Below, piece after piece: positions 9,935 through 16,867 of a DNA stretch of 64,000 nucleotides. This DNA is from an uncultured delta proteobacterium (GTDB lineage: Bacteria > Desulfobacterota > Zymogenia > Zymogenales > Zymogenaceae). The DNA lies in the NCBI GenBank assembly GCA_963792965.1, contig CAWBYW010000009.1:32001-96000 (forward strand). The letters are read 5' to 3'. The translations under genes and the position numbers were made by a program. The notes under the pieces are model-generated. The model worked only from the letters and a program-made list of their open reading frames with translations. It was not told where the DNA came from and ran no database searches. Each line of letters begins with the position of its first letter. Within the stretch, counting starts at the first letter, position 1.

Positions 9935-10074
9935 TCATCGAGCTCAGGGTTGCGAAGGAAAATATCGGAGTGGTAATAGGTAAACAGGGACGAACGGCGT
10001 ATGCGATGAGGACGATCCTTCCGGCCGCATCGATGAAATTCAACAAACGCGCGGTGCTGGAGATTATCGAGTAG
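9935..10074 (+). pseudogene. khpA: 5'-truncated khpA copy
   Basis: [45 protein letters not shown]; lacks the first ~30 codons. Confidence 0.9.
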
Positions 10075-10118
10075 GATGTCCGGAGAGGACGGCCTTTCAT
10101 ATTGATAGAGGTGTCCGA

Positions 10119-10370
10119 ATGGACGAGAAAGCAAAGAAACTGCTGGGACTTTGGTTGGAAACCAGTAATCCTGATCAGCCCTATGCTCACACTGATGACC
10201 TTGAAAGATTCTGTATTTTCGTAAAATACGCCTCACAATTCAAACCCCATGATGTTTTACAGGAAGCTGTAAAAGCATTAGAAGAAAAATATGGGGACCG
10301 ACGAAGAGAGCTCTTCCATGAAGCCGAGAAATACATATACTTCTATGACACCATAAAGAAGATTGGGTAG
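10119..10370 (+). CDS. Hypothetical protein, 83 aa (copy 2)
   Basis: One amino-acid difference (S25T) from 9022..9273. Confidence 0.8.
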   Translation: MDEKAKKLLGLWLETSNPDQPYAHTDDLERFCIFVKYASQFKPHDVLQEAVKALEEKYGDRRRELFHEAEKYIYFYDTIKKIG

Positions 10371-10407
10371 TTAGGACAATACGACCTAAGGCGCTTAGAT
10401 AGCAGAT

Positions 10408-10495
10408 ATGGGTTGCGCGATGTGCGCAATTATCTGGTCCCAAGCTCCAGGATGATAAGTCCGTGGAGGACCAGATTCGCGAGTGCCTGGACTAA
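10408..10495 (+). pseudogene. N-terminal remnant of a serine recombinase (copy 2, frameshifted)
   Basis: MGCAMCA, frameshift, then KLQDDKSVEDQIRECLD*. Confidence 0.7.
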
Positions 10496-10544
10496 TGAGT
10501 ACCACGGGGAGGGCAGTTCTCAACTCATGGGGGGGTTCTAAGTA

Positions 10545-11131
10545 TTGATATTATTTCTGGATACCACGGCTATTTTCTCAGTAAAAAAGATGGAACCCAA
10601 TGGTAGTTTAGTTTGTGAACTTGTAGATCTCTGTAAGGAGAATGAAATCAAAGTATTCTGTAGTTATGCATCGAGTAACGAAAGGCAACCGTGTAGCACG
10701 AAATATAAAGACTATATGGCTGAGACTTCCAAATTATTTAGGGAATTGCTTATTAGTTTGAAATTGGATTATATAGAACCTAAAGAAGTACCATTATTTA
10801 TCCTTGGTGAATCCCGTTTGGGCGAGGCTTGTCTTAGTAGCAAAAAAATAGTTGAATTCGCAAATTCTGCTGCCAAGATAATGTTTGGTATTGACTATGA
10901 AAGTCTTAACTCGCAGTCAATAAATGGATGGAAAAATAGACGAGATGTCGAAATTTTTCTTACTTTTGTCTGTAGCGGTGACGGTATCTTGGTGACTTCT
11001 GACGGGCATTTCCTAAGAAAGAGGGATTTCTTGATAGTGGCGGCAAGAGAAAAATAAGATCAAAGATCGATATTTTAGACCCCGAAAGTGCCCTAAACGT
11101 ATTGAAAGAAATGGTAAGATTGGGAACCTAA
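10545..11131 (+). CDS. PIN-like domain protein (probable 1-nt indel in the A-run at ~11050)
   Basis: N-terminal FLDT, RDVEI and LVTSDGHF acidic motifs of the PIN fold; one extra A extends it with IRSKIDILDPESALNVLKEM. Confidence 0.7.
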
Positions 11132-11204
11132 ATGCGATGTGCAATATACGCAAGATATAGTTCCGAACTTTAAGACGACACGGGCATTTATTCAGGAGGG
11201 TAAG

Positions 11205-11884
11205 ATGAAAAAGGTTATATGCCTCGTCGTTCTCCTGTTAATGGGATGCGCGACATCTTGGGTAGGTAAGAATATGAACGAATTGATAGCAGCGAAGGGT
11301 GAGCCAACACGGACAATAGATGATGGGCGGGGGGGCAGATATTGACTTACATCTCCCATGAAACGCATATGGCAGGAGGATGGTCTACAGGGTCAGGCGG
11401 CTACTGGATAAATGGCAGATACATACCAAAAACCATGACATACAGAAGACCAACTACTACCAAGGTAACAATAGAAAGGCTATTCTACGTAGACAGTTCC
11501 GGTACTATCTATAAGACGGATTCTAATAGAGATACTTCGACCTACGACACCAACGAAGTAAAACCAACATTGCCTCCAATCAGGGGGAAAACAACCGAAG
11601 ATCAGTTAATGGAATACACTGACAGTATTAACAAAAACCCGAAAGACCCGATACTCTACGCAAAGAGAGGCGACTTCTACTATTCACTCTGGCGAGATGA
11701 CGAAGCACTTGCAGACTACAACAAGGCAATAAGCCTTGAGCCGACTAAGAATGGCTTTATCTACTCTAGCCGTGGCAAACTCTACTTGCGGCTTGGAAAA
11801 AGAGAGGAAGCAAAGAGAGATTTTAAGAAGGCTTGTGAGCTTGGGGAGGGCGATGGTTGTTATCAATATAATATTATGTACTAA
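11205..11884 (+). CDS. Lipoprotein with C-terminal TPR repeats (frameshift in the G-run at ~11330)
   Basis: GGAGG SD, lipobox LMGC; C-terminal YAKRG...ALADYNKAISLEP...FKKACELG; joins ORFs 11139 and 11342. Confidence 0.75.
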
Positions 11885-11920
11885 TACTATAGATAGAACC
11901 AGGACCAGACCAGAAGGACG

Positions 11921-11999
11921 GGAATTAAGGTGACACCATACTTAATTACTACTTCTCGGCTTAAACTAGAAGCCTATAGAATGTTGTCACTTTAATTCC
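11921..11999. repeat. Short inverted-repeat element (REP/MITE-like)
   Basis: GGAATTAAGGTGACACCAT (11921-11939) and ATGTTGTCACTTTAATTCC (11981-11999) are 17/19 complementary. Confidence 0.7.
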
Positions 12000-12028
12000 G
12001 ACTCAATTCAAAAACATTCACTATGGAT

Positions 12029-12628
12029 TTAGGATAGAGACTTTTGAAATGCGCGACCCATCTCAAAATCAATATACCTGCTAAGCTCGATTGAACTTCC
12101 ATCTTTGAAATACACTCTGCAAGTGCAGAGGAATGGTCCGTAAGCCGATGTCCTAACACCGATTATGCCGTCTTTCTCGTCTTCCTCAAAAACCCTGTTT
12201 CCCCACATATGGCCAAAAAAGAATGACGCTCTTGCTACATCTGAAAAATCTGTTGTCTTATGTCGGATAAGATAAATAAAGACGTCATATTTCTGTCCCG
12301 GAACTTTCGATGGTGAAATGACATGGGTTAAGAAGATCCCTTTATTTTTCTGATAGACAAGCGTTCTTTTTGGTGCCCAATCCTCTTCTACTTTCTTGGA
12401 TCCAATCTTATCCTCACCGGGGGGGGCATAATCCAGTTGCCTTAAGTCTGCGCCTATTTCGACGGGACCGGCTTTGAAAGAACTGCCTTTACGTATTCTG
12501 AGAATTATAGTATCGAAGAGGTGAGTGAGTCGCCTGTAAAACACGCATAAGAAGATAGCAATAAGTAGAATCCAGGCAATGGTCTGTAATAAAGGTACAT
12601 ATGGAGCTATCGTGATAAGGTTACACAT
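12029..12628 (-). CDS. Membrane-anchored protein with probable prokaryotic YEATS (pYEATS) domain
   Basis: N-terminal TM helix; C-terminal beta-rich domain ...FFFGHMWGNRVF...SAYGPFLCTCRVYFKDGSSIELSRYIDF resembling YEATS signatures. Confidence 0.65.
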   Translation of the reverse strand: MCNLITIAPYVPLLQTIAWILLIAIFLCVFYRRLTHLFDTIILRIRKGSSFKAGPVEIGADLRQLDYAPPGEDKIGSKKVEEDWAPKRTLVYQKNKGIFLTHVISPSKVPGQKYDVFIYLIRHKTTDFSDVARASFFFGHMWGNRVFEEDEKDGIIGVRTSAYGPFLCTCRVYFKDGSSIELSRYIDFEMGRAFQKSLS

Positions 12629-12694
12629 TCCACAAATCTTTACAGTAACAGCCTGATTATCACGGGTAAGGGCCCAATCCTACTTTTGTGTTTC

Positions 12695-12804
12695 CTATTC
12701 CCCCCCGCACCCATCCTTATGCCCAAAGTTGTCGGTCTGGTCCGTCCAGCCGATCTGTCCCTTACTGTTGCGGATCTTCACCCACCAGGTCCACACGGGC
12801 TCGA
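12695..12804 (-). pseudogene. Orphan 3' fragment of the SH3-domain gene (second copy)
   Basis: EPVWTWWVKIRNSKGQIGWTDQTDNFGHKDGCGGE*, direct repeat of 16034-16140. Confidence 0.93.
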
Positions 12805-12806
12805 AG

Positions 12807-15554
12807 CTACCGGTCAGTCCCGTCCAGGACCTTCCGGATCTTTTCCGAGAATTCCCTGAGCGTGGCCGGTTTCTGGATGAATCCTTCGACGCCGCTCATA
12901 TCTATTTCGCCCGCCTTGCCGTTTAGAGTATACCCCGAGGTGATCAGGACTTTCACGCCGGGGTCCGCCTCCCTGAGCCCCGCCAGGGTGTCCTTGCCCC
13001 CCATCTTCGGCATGATGACGTCGAGGATAACGAGATCTATTTCACCGCTTTTCTCCCTGAACATCGAGAGGCCCTGCTGCCCGTTTTCCGCCAGGAGCAC
13101 GCTGTACCCCATCCGCAACAGGTACTCGGCCCACACATTCCTTACCACCGGTTCGTCGTCAATGATGAGGATGGTCTCTTGTCCTCCCTCGTGGTCTTTC
13201 TTGTTCAAGACCCTGTCTTTTTTGACCGTGCCCCTGGTGACCGGGAAGTAGAGGTTGAACGTCGTTCCCTCTCCGGGCTCGCTGTAGACGGTGATAAACC
13301 CTCCATGCTTTTTTACCGTTCCGTACACCGTCGCAAGCCCCATCCCCGTCCCGCCCTGATCCAGCTTCGTGGTGAAGAACGGTTCGAAGAGGTGGTCTTT
13401 CACCTCCTGCGTCATGCCGGTCCCCGTATCGGTCACGGAAAGGACCAGGTGCTCACCTTCCTGGCTGCCGATGTGCGTCCGTACGAAATCGCCGTCCAGG
13501 TATTTATGAGAGGTTTCTATGACCAGGGTTCCTCCCGTGAGCATCGCGTCCCGCGCGTTGATGCAGAGGTTCAGGACGCATTGCTCCACGTAGGAGGCGT
13601 CCACCTCGAAGGACGGCAGGGAATCCGAAAGAATGGTCTTGATCTCGATGGATTTGTCAAACGCCCCCGTTACGAGGGGAAGGATGTGTTCCACGATCTC
13701 GTTAACGCTGCCGGTTACCAGACGGTACTCGCCGGCCCGGGTCACGTTCAGCAGCTCCCGCGTCAGCTGGGACGCCTTGAGCGTCCCCTCGAAAATGGTC
13801 TTCAGGGCCTTGTATTCGGGATCTCCCTCACCCCTCTTACCGAGCAGGTACTCCGAGTACCCCATGATGCCAACGAGGACGTTGTTGAAGTTATGGGCGA
13901 TACCGCCAGCCATGGCCCCGATCGCCTCCATCTTCTGGGCCTGGAGGAACTGCCCCTCAAGCTTTTTCCGTTCCGTGACTTCCCGGGCGAATACCATCAG
14001 GCCCTCTTTCCCCTCCCACGTGATGGCTACCCCGATGGCCTCGTACCACCCGGTTTCACCGGTCTTCTTAATATACCGGTATTCCGAAGGATAGGTCAGC
14101 GAATCCCCCCCGAGTTTCCTGCGGAATTCCCTCTCGGCCGGTTCATTGTCTTCCGGGAAAGTGAGCTCTCCCAGGGATTTCCCTTTCAGCTCCTCGGGGG
14201 AATAGCCGGTCATCCGTTCGGTCATCGGGTTGGCATACACGACCAGCCCGTCGACAAAGATCATGATGGCCTCCTGCGCGTTTTCGACGACCTGACGGTA
14301 TTTCTCCTCCGATTCTCTCAACGCCTCTTCTGCCCGCCTGCGGTCCGTGATGTCCCTCAAAGTCCCCTGAAATCCGACCACACGATTTTCTTTCCTAATC
14401 AGACTGACCGACCCTTCAACGCTTATCTCCTGCCCTTGCCTATTGAGCATTTGGTACATGATATACTCAATCGGCCTACCACTTTCGTATAGACCCTTAT
14501 ATTCCTCTACGATCCGTTTTCTTACTTCGGGTTTTAACCTATCGAACGTGCTTTTTCCTATCGACTCGTTTCCTGGATAACCCGAGAGCAATTCTGCTGC
14601 TTTGTTCATCGAGGTTACCCTTCCTTTGAGGTCTATAGTAAAAATGGCCTCTATTGAATTCTCAAAAAGATTACGAAAGCGTTCTTCCGATTCCCGCAGC
14701 GCCTCCTGGGCCCTTTTCCGCTCGGTGACGTCCCTGAGGACCCCCTGGAACCCGGTAAAAACGCCGTCCCTGTAGAGAAGGTTTGCGGATCCTTCGACGG
14801 TTCTCTTCGTTCCGTCCTTCCTGACGAGGGTGAATTCGAAGTCTCTGACAGGCTCTCCCGACCGGTACATTTGGCTATAGGAGGCGTAGAATCTCCGGGC
14901 GTCCTCCTCGTTCACCCCTTTGCGGAAGCTCTCCCCGATAGTCTCTTTCCTCGGGTAGCCCGTGAGCTCCACGAAGACATCATTAACCTCGGTGAAGTGA
15001 CCTCTCTGATCGAGCGTGAAAAGCGCCTCGACGGAGTCGTTGAAGAGGTTTCTGTACTGTTCGGCCGTGCTTTTCAGCTCCCTGTTTGCCCCCGCAAGCT
15101 CCTTCGTCCGCTCCTCCACCTCCCGCTTGAGGGTCTCCTGTGCTCTCCGCAGAGACTCTTCCAGGTGCTTGTGGTACGCCGCGTATCTTATGGAACGGGC
15201 GAGGACGCCCCCATCGAAATGGCCCTTCAGCAGGTAGTCCTGCGCCCCCTTTTCGAGCGATTCCGTGGCTGTAGCCTCGTCATCCATTCCGGATGCGACT
15301 ACTATCGCCAGCGTACTGTCTGCCGATACGATTTCCTCCAGCGTCGCGATTCCCTGGCTGTCGGGGAGATTCAGGTCCAACAAGACCAGGTCGTATTCCC
15401 CCGCCTCGAGGAGTTCCCTGCCACGGGAAAGCGTGGCGGCGGTATCCAGGGTGTAGGGGACCGCTTTCTGCGCTGAAAGCATGTCCGCGACCACCTGTTG
15501 ATCCAGGGGGTTGTCTTCTATCTGCAGGATCCTGAATGCTTTTCTTCTTGACAT
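12807..15554 (-). CDS. Hybrid sensor histidine kinase REC-PAS-PAS-PAS-HisKA-HATPase-REC
   Basis: LLDLNLPD receiver, three PAS/PAC, AHNFNN H-box, NARDAM, DTGTGM, GTGMGL, C-terminal receiver ILDVIMP. Confidence 0.95.
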   Translation of the reverse strand: MSRRKAFRILQIEDNPLDQQVVADMLSAQKAVPYTLDTAATLSRGRELLEAGEYDLVLLDLNLPDSQGIATLEEIVSADSTLAIVVASGMDDEATATESLEKGAQDYLLKGHFDGGVLARSIRYAAYHKHLEESLRRAQETLKREVEERTKELAGANRELKSTAEQYRNLFNDSVEALFTLDQRGHFTEVNDVFVELTGYPRKETIGESFRKGVNEEDARRFYASYSQMYRSGEPVRDFEFTLVRKDGTKRTVEGSANLLYRDGVFTGFQGVLRDVTERKRAQEALRESEERFRNLFENSIEAIFTIDLKGRVTSMNKAAELLSGYPGNESIGKSTFDRLKPEVRKRIVEEYKGLYESGRPIEYIMYQMLNRQGQEISVEGSVSLIRKENRVVGFQGTLRDITDRRRAEEALRESEEKYRQVVENAQEAIMIFVDGLVVYANPMTERMTGYSPEELKGKSLGELTFPEDNEPAEREFRRKLGGDSLTYPSEYRYIKKTGETGWYEAIGVAITWEGKEGLMVFAREVTERKKLEGQFLQAQKMEAIGAMAGGIAHNFNNVLVGIMGYSEYLLGKRGEGDPEYKALKTIFEGTLKASQLTRELLNVTRAGEYRLVTGSVNEIVEHILPLVTGAFDKSIEIKTILSDSLPSFEVDASYVEQCVLNLCINARDAMLTGGTLVIETSHKYLDGDFVRTHIGSQEGEHLVLSVTDTGTGMTQEVKDHLFEPFFTTKLDQGGTGMGLATVYGTVKKHGGFITVYSEPGEGTTFNLYFPVTRGTVKKDRVLNKKDHEGGQETILIIDDEPVVRNVWAEYLLRMGYSVLLAENGQQGLSMFREKSGEIDLVILDVIMPKMGGKDTLAGLREADPGVKVLITSGYTLNGKAGEIDMSGVEGFIQKPATLREFSEKIRKVLDGTDR

Positions 15555-16033
15555 TGAAGCGTCCTGTCCAAATCAAAGGTAAAAGGCACTCGCGTATTCT
15601 CCGGGGAAAAGCATCGAGCGCGGAGTCAGCATTGATTTAGCTGCATGCGCATAGTTATGTACCTTCATCCTGAACCCGCTCACGCATCTCGGGAAATCGT
15701 GTTTCTCAGAAAGATCGAAGGCCGACGTGCCTTCTTTGATGTGCGACTCGAGGGTAGGGAGAGGAACGACGGCCAAGGCGGATTTATTATACGCTCAAAT
15801 ATTCAAAATGCAACTAAAATGATTTACAGGCTGAGTCTCGATTGTTTATAAGTTTGGCAATCGTTTAGGCGGTACTCAACCATGTGTTTCGGGGGCGTGC
15901 TTTTCGGTCAGGTCGTGCACCCGAGCGCCCTCTTCCCGATCCCTTTCGAGAAAGGGTGTGGGAATCAGGGCCAGCGAGCCCATGTGGCAAACGAAAAACG
16001 TCGAATTTCTAAATCTGAATCCCCTTACTCCCC

Positions 16034-16822
16034 TTACTCCCCGCACCCGTCCATGTGCCCGAAGTTGCCGGTCTCGTCCGTCCAGCCGATCTGGCCCTTG
16101 CTGTTGCGGATCTTCACCCACCAGGTCCACACGGGCTCGACCGTCATGACGATCGGCTCATAGCCCTCCACGCTGTCCAACAGCTGCCCCTTGAACCAGG
16201 CCCTGTACGTCCCCTCCCCCTGGTAGGTCAAGTACTCCACGATGTCCCCCACCGCTGCCGGCCGGTTGCCGAGCGGCATGGGCGACCTTATCTCGCCCCG
16301 TCCCGGTACCGTCGTGATCACCACGCCGGTCGTCCCAGTCACCCATTCCCCGGCCTTCGCCGTAAAGACGACCGGCGAGGTGGCCAGCCGATCCGCGCGT
16401 ATCGGCGTATCTTTTGTGACGCTCCAGTCGCGGTAGGTGCAGCACTCAAAGGGGCACGCGCCCCAATCCTCGTAAGGGAGCTTCGGCCCGGCGGGGTCGA
16501 TGGCCGGCTCGAACCTCCGCGCATCGCCGGCGTCGATCGTCAAAAAGTGCCCGAAGACAAACCCCGACCGGTCCCCGAAGGTGATGTAGTACCAGTAGGC
16601 CGGAATCGCCCCCGATCGTCTCGAATACCCCCGTCCGGTTGACGACCGTAACCCTGGTCCCCTTGTCCAGCGAGATGACGACGACGGCGTCCGTGCGCGC
16701 CTCCTCGCGCAGGCGCACGCCGTCCCCGGCGATCGTCGCGTTGTCGGCGCCGAACGCCCCGACCGGCCGACAGGCGCCGCGAGGAGGAGACAGACCGAGA
16801 TCAAAAAGAGGATTTTTTTCAT
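16034..16822 (-). CDS. Secreted protein with N-terminal bacterial SH3 domain (two compensating frameshifts at ~16770 and ~16600)
   Basis: Signal peptide; alternate frame gives GDGVRLREEARTDAVVVISLDKGTRVTVV, rejoining YWYYITFGDRSGFVFG; Cys-containing C-terminal domain ACPFECC. Confidence 0.75.
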   Translation of the reverse strand: MKKILFLISVCLLLAAPVGRSGRSAPTTRRSPGTACACARRRARTPSSSSRWTRGPGLRSSTGRGYSRRSGAIPAYWYYITFGDRSGFVFGHFLTIDAGDARRFEPAIDPAGPKLPYEDWGACPFECCTYRDWSVTKDTPIRADRLATSPVVFTAKAGEWVTGTTGVVITTVPGRGEIRSPMPLGNRPAAVGDIVEYLTYQGEGTYRAWFKGQLLDSVEGYEPIVMTVEPVWTWWVKIRNSKGQIGWTDETGNFGHMDGCGE

Positions 16823-16867
16823 GTCATAATTTCCTTTATCGGGGTCTCACGGCCGGGGGTCTCTCCC

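Larger units (their letters stand above)
9935..10520 (+). repeat. Copy 2 of the diverged direct repeat
   Basis: Aligns with 8837-9427. Confidence 0.95.

Noticed and set aside
9883-10074. 63-aa ORF as a real chimeric KH protein
   Set aside because: Its N-terminus is the antisense of the SH3 fragment, with no clear SD; most likely a junction by-product
8981-10520. CRISPR array or integron attC array
   Set aside because: Only four degenerate motifs with gene-sized irregular spacing; no cas or intI; no RYYYAAC/GTTRRRY-bounded palindromes
16021-16043. CCCCTTACT tandem duplication at the SH3 stop codon as a target-site duplication
   Set aside because: The copies are adjacent with nothing between them; compatible with slippage and too short to interpret
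9859-16140. Diversity-generating retroelement (template/variable repeats at a gene 3' end)
   Set aside because: Differences among the three copies are not adenine-specific, many are synonymous, and no reverse transcriptase is present in the window
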